Shown here: one piece after another, positions 49,881-60,875 of the stretch
Layout of the letters: every line of letters begins with the position of its first letter
How positions within the stretch are numbered: the stretch's first letter is position 1
Source: Pyrinomonadaceae bacterium
Lineage (GTDB): Bacteria; Acidobacteriota; Blastocatellia; Pyrinomonadales; Pyrinomonadaceae
Direction of reading: 5' to 3'
DNA: 64,000 nucleotides
Assembly (NCBI GenBank): GCA_035283325.1
Contig: DATEUF010000056.1
Span: 5,908-69,907, forward strand
Notes under the pieces: generated by a model
Database searches by the model: none
Told to the model about the DNA's origin: nothing
Seen by the model: the letters and a program-made list of their open reading frames with translations, nothing else
Position numbers and translations under genes: made by a program

Positions 49881-52800
49881 CTACTTGCGCGCAGGCTCTT
49901 GCTCCTGTTCCGCCACCTCTGCCACAACCGAGAGTAATTCCGAAAGTTCGATGGGTTTGGCCAAATAATGCTGGTAGCCGCAGGAAAGTGCCCGCTGCCG
50001 ATCTTCCTCTTTGGCGTATGCTGTAATTGCCACCGCCGGTATCGAGCTTACCAATCTCGACTTCATTGCCCTTATCTGCTTGATAAGCTGATAACCATCT
50101 GCACCGGGCATGGCGATGTCAGAAACGAGCACATCCGGTTTTAGAAGTTTCATGAGTTCAAGTGCCTCGCCGGCAGAAGAGGCGGCGGTCACGCGCGCGC
50201 TTTGCTGTGTCAACGCAGCGGTCAACCACTCCAGGGTATCGCGATCATCATCGACGACCAAGACGTGCAAACCGGCAAGTTCGGTAGCAACCTGCACGGA
50301 TCTTTCCGCCGGAAGGTACGGTGCACCTGCTAAATGGCTGATCAGTGGGAGACATACTACGAAAGAGGCGCCTTTCTCTTCGCCGGCGCTACGTGCCTGA
50401 ATTGTGCCCCCATGAATTTCCACCAAATGTCTCGCGATCGCCAACCCCAGACCGAGGCCCCCGTGCTGGCGAGTAGTTGTGCTATCCGCCTGTCTAAAAC
50501 GGTCGAAGACGAAAGGCAAGAATTCGGCGCTAATGCCTTTGCCTGTGTCCTCGACTTCAATCTCGGCGTAAGAATTCCTCTGACGCAAATGCACGCGCAC
50601 GTGACCGCCAACGGGAGTGAACTTGACTGCATTGGAAACCAGATTCCAGATTACTTGTTGCAGCCTGTTTCCATCGCCTGAGACAACAGTCGGTTGTGAC
50701 TCTAAGTGAAGCTCTATCTGTATTCCTTTGGCCTCAGCAGTTGGCCGGACCACGTTTACTGCGGCTTCCACCACAGGACCGAGCTCCAAGGGATGCAAAT
50801 CAAGATAGAGATTGCCCGTGATGATCCGTGACACGTCTAGAATATCGTCGATAATCTGCGACTGCGCTTTGGCATTACGTCTAATCGTCTCGATGGCGCG
50901 CGCGGCGGCCTCGTCGTCCAGAGAGCCCCCTTCAAGCATGCGGGACCAGCCCAGGATCGCGGTCAACGGCGTCCGCAGTTCGTGTGAAACTGTGGCCAGA
51001 AACTCATCTTTCAGACGATTCGATTCCTCGGCTGTCGCGCGAGCGTTGCTTTCGCGTTCCAATAAGCCCACATTTTCAATAGCCACGGCGCTAAGATTGG
51101 CGGCCATGCGCATCGCTGTTACGTGTTCCTCGCTATATCCCGCCTTTTCGTAACTTTGAATCTCGATCGTGCCGATAATGCGACCCATAACGGCCATTGG
51201 TACTACGAGCGATGATTGTGGACGCAAACCGTTATCAGGGCCCACAAGAACTGCCGGATGCCCTCGTGTAGCATTCATATAGTCATGGGTGATTATGACT
51301 TCGCCGGTTCTCACCGCACGACTATTCGGTCCCATTGCCGTCACTGGCATCGGCGGTAGTTCCGAAGTGTCGATCTCGGTGCCGTCGCCCCAGCCATAGC
51401 AGGCCGTCCTAACATCACGCACGGCGTCATAGAGAGAGACGAAGAGCCCGTCGCAGGGAACAGAGACCAAAGTAAATTCTTTAAGGCCCCGAAAGATTGT
51501 GATTAGATCTCGAGCCGTCCCCAAGGTCTGGGCCAGACCGGAAATTCGCTCCAGCAGGCGTTCATATTCCGATAGCGCGCGCTGATCAGCTTCACGCAGG
51601 GCTTCCTCCGCCCGCCGCCGGGTCGTGATATCGCGGGCTATTCCCTGCACGCCCACGGCTGCTCCGTCTTTATAAGTGAGCCGGCTGCTGATTTCGAGTG
51701 TTAACTGGGCGCCTGATTTGGCACAAAAATCCAGTTCATAATTCGTACGTTCTTCACCCGCCAATTTCCGATCAAGCATGTGTGTGGCGGCCTCAAAGGA
51801 GGAGGGAGAAAGCAATTCCGTCAGGTTACTGTTGAGTAGCTCATCTCGTGAGAACCCGGTAATTAACTCTCCAGCCTTATTGATTGAGGTAATCTTGCCA
51901 TCCAGATCCAGCGTGTAGACTATGTCATTCGCATTCTCAACCAACTCTCGGTAACGCTCTTCGCTCTCCCTGAGTGCTGCTTCCGCTCGCTCCCGTTCGA
52001 CCAGAGTTTTCCGGATGGTCGCTTCTGAATGCTTCATCTCGGCCGCGGATCGTTCAGTAGCCTGACGGGCACGCGCTTGCGAACGCGTCAGCCCAAAAAG
52101 GAGCAAACTCAGCAGCACACCCGCGGTGACCGTATAAGGTACATAGCTTTGGCCAGAAGCTTGATCTAGTTCCGGGCGACTCGTAAATGTAATAGTCCAC
52201 TGCCGGCCAGCAACATTGATCGTAGCAACTCTAAAAAACCTGGGCCGAAAGCCATCCGGCACTGCGGCGCTAAATTGAGTAGAATCATGAATCAGTGTTC
52301 CGGCATTTTCCGTGCCCTCATAAACCTTGAAATCCAGGTATGGACGTTTTGTCGGAAGAATTCCGTACAAGAGATCGTCGACCCGAAAGGGACTGAAGAC
52401 AAATCCAATCAATGCTCCACGCCGCTCAGACTCGTTTGTTATCGGACTGCCATTCCGATAAACCGGGGCATAAATGACGAAACCAGCTTGCTTCTTCTCG
52501 TCGATTTCCTGGACCAGTTGTACGCTCCCGGAAGCAGCCGGCCGGCCTGTGTCTCGAGCCTGGTCCATTGCCGCCCGCCTAACCGGATCTCCAGACATGT
52601 CATAGCCCATGGCAGCGAGATTCCGCCGATCAAGGGGCTCCAGATAGATGATTGCGTGTCCTTCTCCAGCTCTAGCATCGGGCGATACCTTGGAATCCAG
52701 CATGCCTTCAGGCAGCACCTTTTCGAAGAGTGCGCTGTCTTGGTCGGAACCAAGGCGCACTGAAAAACCAATGCCCTGAACACCAGGATAGTGCTCCGCA

Positions 52801-53090
52801 AGGTCCAACCGGCGCACGAAATCCTTAAACTCGCCGTGTGTTACGCTCTCACTCCCTGCGAACAGTCCCGTGCCGGCCCGTAATAACGCAATGTAGGTCT
52901 CAATTCTGCCTTCAATTGACTGCTCAACCTCACGCGTCGTGCCGTTGAAGCGAACCCGGTCTTCAGCCGCGGCCACTTTTGATAAGTAATAATAGACAAT
53001 GAATGTGAAGAGCAGGCCGATGAGCAGAACCAGATGCGGAAGGAAGGCTCGCCGCGGCCGGTACAAAACTTTCGATTTCAGAGACTTCAT
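49881..53090 (-). CDS. Hybrid sensor histidine kinase (TM-CHASE-TM, PAS, GAF, HisKA, HATPase_c, receiver)
   Basis: CHASE-like 'GYDMSGDPVRRAAMDQARDTG...VQLVQE', H-box 'ATVSHELRTPLTAILGW', 'GGLGLGLAIARHLVEIHGG', and receiver 'VLVVDDDRDTL...VLVSDIAMPGADGY'. Confidence 0.9.
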   Translation of the reverse strand: MKSLKSKVLYRPRRAFLPHLVLLIGLLFTFIVYYYLSKVAAAEDRVRFNGTTREVEQSIEGRIETYIALLRAGTGLFAGSESVTHGEFKDFVRRLDLAEHYPGVQGIGFSVRLGSDQDSALFEKVLPEGMLDSKVSPDARAGEGHAIIYLEPLDRRNLAAMGYDMSGDPVRRAAMDQARDTGRPAASGSVQLVQEIDEKKQAGFVIYAPVYRNGSPITNESERRGALIGFVFSPFRVDDLLYGILPTKRPYLDFKVYEGTENAGTLIHDSTQFSAAVPDGFRPRFFRVATINVAGRQWTITFTSRPELDQASGQSYVPYTVTAGVLLSLLLFGLTRSQARARQATERSAAEMKHSEATIRKTLVERERAEAALRESEERYRELVENANDIVYTLDLDGKITSINKAGELITGFSRDELLNSNLTELLSPSSFEAATHMLDRKLAGEERTNYELDFCAKSGAQLTLEISSRLTYKDGAAVGVQGIARDITTRRRAEEALREADQRALSEYERLLERISGLAQTLGTARDLITIFRGLKEFTLVSVPCDGLFVSLYDAVRDVRTACYGWGDGTEIDTSELPPMPVTAMGPNSRAVRTGEVIITHDYMNATRGHPAVLVGPDNGLRPQSSLVVPMAVMGRIIGTIEIQSYEKAGYSEEHVTAMRMAANLSAVAIENVGLLERESNARATAEESNRLKDEFLATVSHELRTPLTAILGWSRMLEGGSLDDEAAARAIETIRRNAKAQSQIIDDILDVSRIITGNLYLDLHPLELGPVVEAAVNVVRPTAEAKGIQIELHLESQPTVVSGDGNRLQQVIWNLVSNAVKFTPVGGHVRVHLRQRNSYAEIEVEDTGKGISAEFLPFVFDRFRQADSTTTRQHGGLGLGLAIARHLVEIHGGTIQARSAGEEKGASFVVCLPLISHLAGAPYLPAERSVQVATELAGLHVLVVDDDRDTLEWLTAALTQQSARVTAASSAGEALELMKLLKPDVLVSDIAMPGADGYQLIKQIRAMKSRLVSSIPAVAITAYAKEEDRQRALSCGYQHYLAKPIELSELLSVVAEVAEQEQEPARK

Positions 53091-53191
53091 TAACGTACTT
53101 CGTTTGACCGGGAAAATTTTTGGTCGGGCAGCACTTCTTTTGTTCCGTCTTGAAAGTTCAAGCTAAGAGCATGCGTTGCGCTGGTGGGCGA

Positions 53192-54538
53192 TCAACGAAC
53201 GCGGCTGGTTCGCCGTCGTAGAAAATCCATCAGAACAAACTGCGAAAGGTTAACGGGATCAGCAAAGTAAGCCTTCCCGTTGGTCATAGCGGTCATCTGC
53301 TTTACAAACTCGACCAGGTAGTAATCACTGGCTAGCATGAAAGTGTTAATCATAATTCCGGCTTTGCGACAGGCCTGCACTTCTCGAAAAGTCTCAGCCA
53401 TAACCAGCGGATCGCCACCCATCGAATTCTTATAAAGCCGTCGCTTTTGTTGATTCTGGTGACTACCGGGCAAAGGGTTCGCCGTCAAAGCCGGTTGCCC
53501 AACGAAGCAGGCGGTAGGTTTCCCATCAGTCACCATAACGATCTGTTTCATCTCTTTGCGCTGGGCTTGCAAGATTCTTCGCGAGAGCCTTAGCCCCTCG
53601 GCGGTGTTCGTATGATAAGGACCGACCTGGGTTGACACGAGTTTGGCCATGGGGAGTTCTTCGGCCGTATCGTGAAACAGCACTATTTTAAGCGAGTCGC
53701 CCGGATACTGGGTGCGAATCAAATGAGCCAAAGCGAGCGCTACCCTCTTTGCCGGCGTGAATCGATCCTCACCATAAAGGATCATGGAGTGCGAGCAGTC
53801 AAGCATGACCACAGTGGCGCATGATGATTGATAGTCGCATTGATGAACATGCAGGTCGCGATATTCAAGATTGAGCGGTACCTTAAGACCCTCGCGCTGT
53901 ATCGCGGATAGCAGCGTCGTGTTGACATCGAGATTGATCGTGTCCCCAAACAAATAAGGTCTGCTGGCGGCAGCCGCTTCGACGCCGGTAGCGAGATGGG
54001 CAGTATCGTGACGCCCCATGGAACTCTTGCCGAAACTACCCAGTAGATTTTTTAGAGTTTTGTACCCAAGAAAGTCAAGACCTTTTTCAGTTACTTCAAA
54101 TTTAATGTTTCGTTCGAGAGGCTCGGAAATCTCAGGAGTGGCCGCCGCTCGTGACCGTAATCTGCGATCGCTGGGCTCTTCCCTCAGGGTCAGATAACCT
54201 TCTTCAAGCAGTCGCTCGATTAGTTGATTGAGCAACTCTTCGAGCATCGACCCTTTAAGCTGACCCTCATTCTCTGCCAGCATTTCCTGGATTTGATATT
54301 CGCTAAGCAGGCCCTGTTCCAATAAGGCCTCAAGCAGTGCCTGGCGCAGAGCATCAAGCGACGTATCCTGCGGGCGCCGTCGCCGAGTCCAGTAGTAATC
54401 GTCGTCGTAGCCGGAGTAGAGCAGCGAATCGGCCAACGCTTCCATAAGGTTGCCGAGGTCGAGAGCGGCGACGTTCAAGCCCTTGAATTTGGAGTAGCGA
54501 GTGAATTTCATTGCCGATTTGCGATTGCCAATCGGCAA
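53192..54538 (-). CDS. VWA domain-containing protein (partner of the upstream AAA+ ATPase)
   Basis: The C-terminal half carries VWA/MIDAS-like 'VVMLDCSHSM' and 'IVMVTDGKPT'. The start is either TTG 54538 or ATG 54511. Confidence 0.7.
   Translation of the reverse strand: MPIGNRKSAMKFTRYSKFKGLNVAALDLGNLMEALADSLLYSGYDDDYYWTRRRRPQDTSLDALRQALLEALLEQGLLSEYQIQEMLAENEGQLKGSMLEELLNQLIERLLEEGYLTLREEPSDRRLRSRAAATPEISEPLERNIKFEVTEKGLDFLGYKTLKNLLGSFGKSSMGRHDTAHLATGVEAAAASRPYLFGDTINLDVNTTLLSAIQREGLKVPLNLEYRDLHVHQCDYQSSCATVVMLDCSHSMILYGEDRFTPAKRVALALAHLIRTQYPGDSLKIVLFHDTAEELPMAKLVSTQVGPYHTNTAEGLRLSRRILQAQRKEMKQIVMVTDGKPTACFVGQPALTANPLPGSHQNQQKRRLYKNSMGGDPLVMAETFREVQACRKAGIMINTFMLASDYYLVEFVKQMTAMTNGKAYFADPVNLSQFVLMDFLRRRTSRVR

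Positions 54539-54539
<1 letters not shown>
54510..54539. repeat. Small hairpin (GCAATCG-type units) at the AAA+/VWA gene junction
   Basis: ATTGCCGATT (54510-54519) pairs with AATCGGCAAT (54530-54539), with a 10-nt loop. Confidence 0.6.
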
Positions 54540-56008
<1,469 letters not shown>

Positions 56009-56078
56009 TATTTTCTCATTTTAGCCTGCGGGCGCCGAAAGATCATCTTTAGTGCCTTGCACGACCCTAAAAGTGATT

Positions 56079-57584
56079 TCAGACTGATATGAAACGTCCT
56101 TCACTGTCGGTTTCAACAAGGCCATCTGCCGCCAGCTTCTCAATGTGGGCCAGCACCGAACGTTCGGCCAATTCGTATACTTTGGGAGAGACATCAGAGT
56201 AAACGGTTGCAACAATCTCTTTCGGCCCTGTTGCGCCCTTCCGCACCTCCGCCAGGATATTGGCCTCGCGCTCAAACCTGTGTGAAATGTATTCGTCGAT
56301 CTTGTTGTACGGCGCGCTTACAGCCGGGCCATGCGCGCCAAAGATCACTGAAAGGTTCCCTAACGAGCGCATACGTTTAAGAGAGTCGAGATAATCACGC
56401 ATGTTTCCTTCGGGCGGATCGATCAAGACTGAGCCAAGTCCTACGATGTTGTCACCTGAGATTAGCGTTCCCGTTAGTTCCTCATAAAAGCACAGATGAC
56501 CGCGGGCATGCCCCGGCGTATGCAGAGCACGCAATGCGATTCGTGGTTCACCAGACAACTCAATGACCTCATTATCTTCGATGGGTCGATCTACCCTAAT
56601 TGCTGGACGCAATGCCTCGGCGGTTAGCACGTGTCCCGCTACCGGGCTGCTTCCTCCCAGATGTTCGCGCAGCGCATTGACGCCGCCCACATGATCAGGA
56701 TGCAGATGCGTCAAGACTATTTCTCGCAGGCTACGGCCTTCCGCCATCAATTGATCTACTACCTGTGCGAGGGCAGCTTGTTCGTCTACATAGGGCGAAC
56801 CGGGATCGATCACCAGCAGTTCGCGTGAGCTGTAGATAAGATAACAATTTGTGTGTGTGGCTGGAGGCTTAGTCGGCGTTCTAACAGGAAAGCAGATGTA
56901 ATTTGGTCGAAATTCTATCCGGCGTGTCGGTTCACCGTGGGCCTCAGGAATAGCGATCAGGCGCTCCATCAAATCGGGAGTCAAACCTGCAGCGAGCGTT
57001 TTCAATGCGTGGAGCGTTGGCGGCACCGCGAGGATTTCGGACCTTTGCCACCTTGAATAGGCTTCTCGTGCGGTAATCCACGCGCCCGTTTCAAGCTCTC
57101 CCTGGACCACTCGCGGTTGCTGCTTTGCCGGGCAGCGTACCAGGAAGAAGAGCGTATCAAACCGTCGTGCACTGAAAGGCGGCGTAACCCAGCGCCCCGC
57201 GTAGGCGAAATCATTCGCATCCAGGCATAGCCCATAATGACGGAGCAGAACAGGCCAGGTCATCCGCTGCGATTCCAGGTCGTCCAAAAGCGAAGCTAGC
57301 TGGCCTTTCGTCAGACTGTCGGCGCCGCGGGCGACCAGCACGCCCAGCTCTTCAAACAGCTCGCGAGCCGCAGCACTGATCGCTGCGACGTCGCGTGGAC
57401 TGGCACAATTTTCAACAGGAGCCTCTGAATCAGCGTCTTCGAGCTGCCCACCGGCGAAGGCGTAATAACCACCAAGAAATGCCAGCCGCTCACTGCGCCG
57501 CACCCAGTAGAGTTCAGGGTTCAGCGGATCCGCATTGTGGCGCAAGAGAATGACAGCAGCTGCATCGCGCGGACCAGTGCTCAT
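56079..57584 (-). CDS. NUDIX-like domain fused to an MBL-fold metallo-hydrolase
   Basis: N-terminus: 'AAAVILLR...YWVRRSERLAFLGGYYAFAGG..E'. C-terminal half: 'THLHPDHVGG', 'HTPGHARGH'. Confidence 0.75.
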   Translation of the reverse strand: MSTGPRDAAAVILLRHNADPLNPELYWVRRSERLAFLGGYYAFAGGQLEDADSEAPVENCASPRDVAAISAAARELFEELGVLVARGADSLTKGQLASLLDDLESQRMTWPVLLRHYGLCLDANDFAYAGRWVTPPFSARRFDTLFFLVRCPAKQQPRVVQGELETGAWITAREAYSRWQRSEILAVPPTLHALKTLAAGLTPDLMERLIAIPEAHGEPTRRIEFRPNYICFPVRTPTKPPATHTNCYLIYSSRELLVIDPGSPYVDEQAALAQVVDQLMAEGRSLREIVLTHLHPDHVGGVNALREHLGGSSPVAGHVLTAEALRPAIRVDRPIEDNEVIELSGEPRIALRALHTPGHARGHLCFYEELTGTLISGDNIVGLGSVLIDPPEGNMRDYLDSLKRMRSLGNLSVIFGAHGPAVSAPYNKIDEYISHRFEREANILAEVRKGATGPKEIVATVYSDVSPKVYELAERSVLAHIEKLAADGLVETDSEGRFISV

Positions 57585-57609
57585 AGGAGTTCAGATCCCA
57601 ACTTCAGGC

Positions 57610-58290
57610 TCAGTATCTGAACCGTTCTCCGTCTCCGCCTATCCATGGATTGCCGCGCATATGGTAGCCACCTTCTTCCCAGTAGCCTGCCTGGTCCACG
57701 GGCAGGAATCGGATGCCCTTGACCCACTTGGCCGACTTCCAGGCATACAGCTGCGGAATAATCAAACGTACGGGCCCGCCATGTTCCGGAGGTATGGGTT
57801 GTCCATCATGCGACCACGCAAAGAGCGAATCCTCGTTAAGGAAAAACTCAAGCGGCACATTGGTAGTCCACCCATAATCGTAGGCAGAGACCAGCACAAA
57901 ACGGGCTTCAGGCTTCACGCCTGCAAGTCTTGCAATTTCTCGCGTCGGTACGCCACCCCAGACATTGTCCAACCTCGACCAACGGGTAACGCAATGGAAG
58001 TCGGCATAAACTCTGGCGGGCGCTAATTGCATAAACTCATCAAGTGACCACTGCCGTGGGTTGTCGACCAGGCCATCGACTTCAAATTGCCAGCTAGCCA
58101 GATCGATTTCGGGTGCGCCATGCGCGTCAAGTACAGGCCACTTCTTAGTGCGCGACTGTCCGGGTGGCAGCCGGTTGCCGCGTCGTGTATCGGGACTGAT
58201 GATGATTTGGGCGTCGGTGAGCTGTTCCGGCTTACGCGGCTCCGACGTTTGATATTTGGGAACTTTGATTAGAGAGTTAAGAAAGGTCAT
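57610..58290 (-). CDS. Sulfite-oxidase-like molybdopterin-dependent oxidoreductase
   Basis: 'FHCVTRWS' (Mo-ligand Cys context) and 'GGPVRLIIPQLYAWKSAKWV'. 226 aa with no signal peptide. Confidence 0.8.
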   Translation of the reverse strand: MTFLNSLIKVPKYQTSEPRKPEQLTDAQIIISPDTRRGNRLPPGQSRTKKWPVLDAHGAPEIDLASWQFEVDGLVDNPRQWSLDEFMQLAPARVYADFHCVTRWSRLDNVWGGVPTREIARLAGVKPEARFVLVSAYDYGWTTNVPLEFFLNEDSLFAWSHDGQPIPPEHGGPVRLIIPQLYAWKSAKWVKGIRFLPVDQAGYWEEGGYHMRGNPWIGGDGERFRY

Positions 58291-58293
58291 TTC

Positions 58294-58376
58294 TAGTCAG
58301 TAGTCAGTTGGTCAGTAGTCAGTGGTCAGTTGTTAGTAGTTGTGACTACTGACTACGGACCACTGACTACTGACTA
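58294..58376. repeat. STRR-like hairpin element (CAGTAGT/TGGTCAG heptamer units)
   Basis: GTCAGTAGTCAGTGGTC (58311-58327) is the exact reverse complement of GACCACTGACTACTGAC (58358-58374). Both flanks continue with the same heptamer units. Confidence 0.85.
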
Positions 58377-58802
58377 TTTCTTACTGTACTTTTCTGCCAG
58401 CTTCATCAATTCCTCGGGCATCCATTTACCGACAGCTTTGGTGGTCGCTTCGTTGACACCAACCGACCTGTCGTGCCAGTCGTCTCTTGAGCCTTCAGGC
58501 CCGCGCTCCCGTTCGTAGTTTTCTGTTTGCTCCAGACTCAGGACGATACCTGCTGCAACCTCCTTCCAGTCTTGGAACTGGATTCCTCGCCGGATAACTG
58601 GCAGTCCCGCAGTCCAATCCTCCTCAGGCGCCCGAGCGTCCTGCTCTGGAATCGTAAGGTTATAAAGCGGCGGGAATGGTTTGCCCGCGAATTCGTGAGC
58701 CAACTGTTGTTGAATCTCTTTGTAGGAGCTCTGCGGATGGTCGCGTCTGATTGATTGCGCCCGACGAAAAATGTCTGCTACTGACGGTTGCTCAGTTGCC
58801 AT
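58374..58802 (-). CDS. Hypothetical protein (142 aa)
   Basis: ORF track only. No recognised motif. The stop codon lies inside the hairpin element. Confidence 0.45.
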   Translation of the reverse strand: MATEQPSVADIFRRAQSIRRDHPQSSYKEIQQQLAHEFAGKPFPPLYNLTIPEQDARAPEEDWTAGLPVIRRGIQFQDWKEVAAGIVLSLEQTENYERERGPEGSRDDWHDRSVGVNEATTKAVGKWMPEELMKLAEKYSKK

Positions 58803-58960
58803 TTCGGTTTGTGAAGGACCTCCTTTAAGATGTTTTATACCTTACACGCCGAGGCCGGTTAGTACAACTAGCGGCAGAAAAGGCGTAAGAAATGTTTCAT
58901 CGAACTGGTCTCATGTGCTAGAAGAGTTGTTGAGGCTGAGCGCTTTGGAATCGGATTGCC

Positions 58961-60331
58961 TTGGATATGGCTGAATCACTCATCTCGTCTGAAGCACCCA
59001 GGTCGGAACAAACGCGCCACACACCCTGCCATCTCTGTGGTCGTGGTCAAGAACATCTTATTCCTCTCAGCGAGTTGCCAGAGGAGCTGAGGGCGATCAT
59101 TCAAGCAAATGCCCCACCAGCGGAGCCGCTGGCCCATATCTGTTTCCAGTGTGTCGAACTCTTCCAGAGGGCCAAGGCACAGACAGACGCCCACGCAGCA
59201 ATTTTCGCGCAAACCAAGCAGGTATTGCCGACGCCGTTACGCCTCGCTGCCGACCAAAGGTTCGCCGGGCGTGACGTGACCATTGCCTTCCTGGATTCCG
59301 GCTTTTACGCTCACCCTGACCTGACAAGGCCGGCAAACCGCATCCTGGCATACAAAAGCATTTTCACGAGCGACGATGATATGACCTCACTGGATACGGT
59401 AGACGTTGCGAGTTGGCACGGGATGATGACCTCGGTTGTGGCCGCGGGAAATGGTTACCTGTCAGACGGCTTCTATCGCGGTATTGCGCCCGCATCTCAG
59501 CTTGTCCTGGTTAAGATTGGTCGGACCGGGCACATTCTGGAAGAAAATATCCAGCGTGGTCTCGAATGGGTCCTGGAACATCGTGAGCAGTATGGCATTC
59601 GAATAGTTAACATCTCGGCGGGTGGAGATTTTGAGCAGTCGTATCTGGTTAACCCCCTCTGTCGAGTAGTCGAGGAAGTGGTTCGGCAGGGGTTGATCGT
59701 GGTCTGCGCAGTGGGCAATGCGGGAATGACGCCCGGCCATGTCGTGCTTCCTCCTGCCTCTGCTCCCGCGGCCATCTCGGTGGGTGGGCTTGATGATCAA
59801 AACTCGCTCGACAGGGCCCGACGCGGTATGTATCGATCCTCATACGGTCCCACGATCGATGGCTTACAAAAACCGGAGATTATAGCGCCCGGAATCTGGG
59901 TCGCAGCACCGATTCTCCCTCATACTCCGACTGCCGCCGAAGCCCATCTCTATTCTGAACTCAATGCTGCCGCCGATAACGAACTGGGGGAAATAATTGA
60001 TTGTCACCAGGGTACGGATAAGGACCTGGATGAAGCGCGCGATCTGCCAGTACCATTGTTACGGCAGTTAATCACAATCAAGCTGCGTGAGGGAAACGTA
60101 ATCAATCAACACTACAAGCTTGTAGACGGAACATCTTTCGCTTCACCTATCGTCGCTTCTACCGTCGCCTGCATGCTTGAGGCCAATCCTGGTCTGTCTC
60201 CCCAACAGGTAAAACGTATTCTCATTGAGACGGCGGAACGAGTTCCCGGAGTCGAGGTTGAGCGACAGGGCTGGGGCGTTGTGGTCCCACAACGTGCGGT
60301 TGACCTCGCGCTCTCCTTACGGCAGGGTTAG
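58961..60331 (+). CDS. S8 family (subtilisin-like) serine peptidase with an N-terminal CxxC...CxxC module and no signal peptide
   Basis: Catalytic triad contexts 'IAFLDSGF' (Asp), 'SWHGMMTSVVAAG' (His) and 'DGTSFASPIVAS' (Ser). N-terminal 'CHLCG...CFQC'. TTG 58961 or ATG 58967. Confidence 0.85.
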   Translation: MDMAESLISSEAPRSEQTRHTPCHLCGRGQEHLIPLSELPEELRAIIQANAPPAEPLAHICFQCVELFQRAKAQTDAHAAIFAQTKQVLPTPLRLAADQRFAGRDVTIAFLDSGFYAHPDLTRPANRILAYKSIFTSDDDMTSLDTVDVASWHGMMTSVVAAGNGYLSDGFYRGIAPASQLVLVKIGRTGHILEENIQRGLEWVLEHREQYGIRIVNISAGGDFEQSYLVNPLCRVVEEVVRQGLIVVCAVGNAGMTPGHVVLPPASAPAAISVGGLDDQNSLDRARRGMYRSSYGPTIDGLQKPEIIAPGIWVAAPILPHTPTAAEAHLYSELNAAADNELGEIIDCHQGTDKDLDEARDLPVPLLRQLITIKLREGNVINQHYKLVDGTSFASPIVASTVACMLEANPGLSPQQVKRILIETAERVPGVEVERQGWGVVVPQRAVDLALSLRQG

Positions 60332-60451
60332 GGGTTCGTTCTCAAGACGGGATCTCCGCGCGGGCCAGTAGACACCTGAATACTCGTGTGCCACAATTCC
60401 CTCGATAATTACAACAAAGAATAGCAGTCTGAGAGGAGTTGTAGAATTTAG

Positions 60452-60718
60452 ATGTCTGAGCAAGAACCGGTGTCGAAAGAGAACCTGACTGAACAGGCTA
60501 GTGAGGGTCAGGCCGCAACTTCGAGCACGGAAGAAATCACCTACCATGCTGTAGAGAAGGATGGTGTGGTAACCGCCATCTGGGAGATGCAGGGCCGCAA
60601 ACACCTCCGCACTATCGACCCAAGATCGCGGCAAGGCCAGGACATTCTCCGGCTCTACACTACTGAACATCACGACGAGAACGCGCCGGAAGAGTCTCGC
60701 GAAGCAGCAACTTCGTGA
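60452..60718 (+). CDS. Hypothetical acidic protein (88 aa)
   Basis: GAGGAG lies about 13 nt upstream of the ATG. No recognised motif. Confidence 0.45.
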   Translation: MSEQEPVSKENLTEQASEGQAATSSTEEITYHAVEKDGVVTAIWEMQGRKHLRTIDPRSRQGQDILRLYTTEHHDENAPEESREAATS

Positions 60719-60875
60719 ACGCGCACGGCCTCTCGCGCCGAAGAGTTTCAGGTTATAGATTAGCGGACGACCAGAAGGTTGTCGTTTGGGACAAACAGCG
60801 ACAAACGCATGCCTGTTGTGTACCCACGAAGTCGTGAAGTGCCAGGAGTGGTCTTTTAATTAGTAAGACTTACTT

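Noticed and set aside
58330-58518. A 62-aa plus-strand ORF (MLVVVTTDYGPLTTDYF...).
   Set aside because: Its N-terminus is translated heptamer repeat, and the remainder is antisense to the 142-aa ORF.
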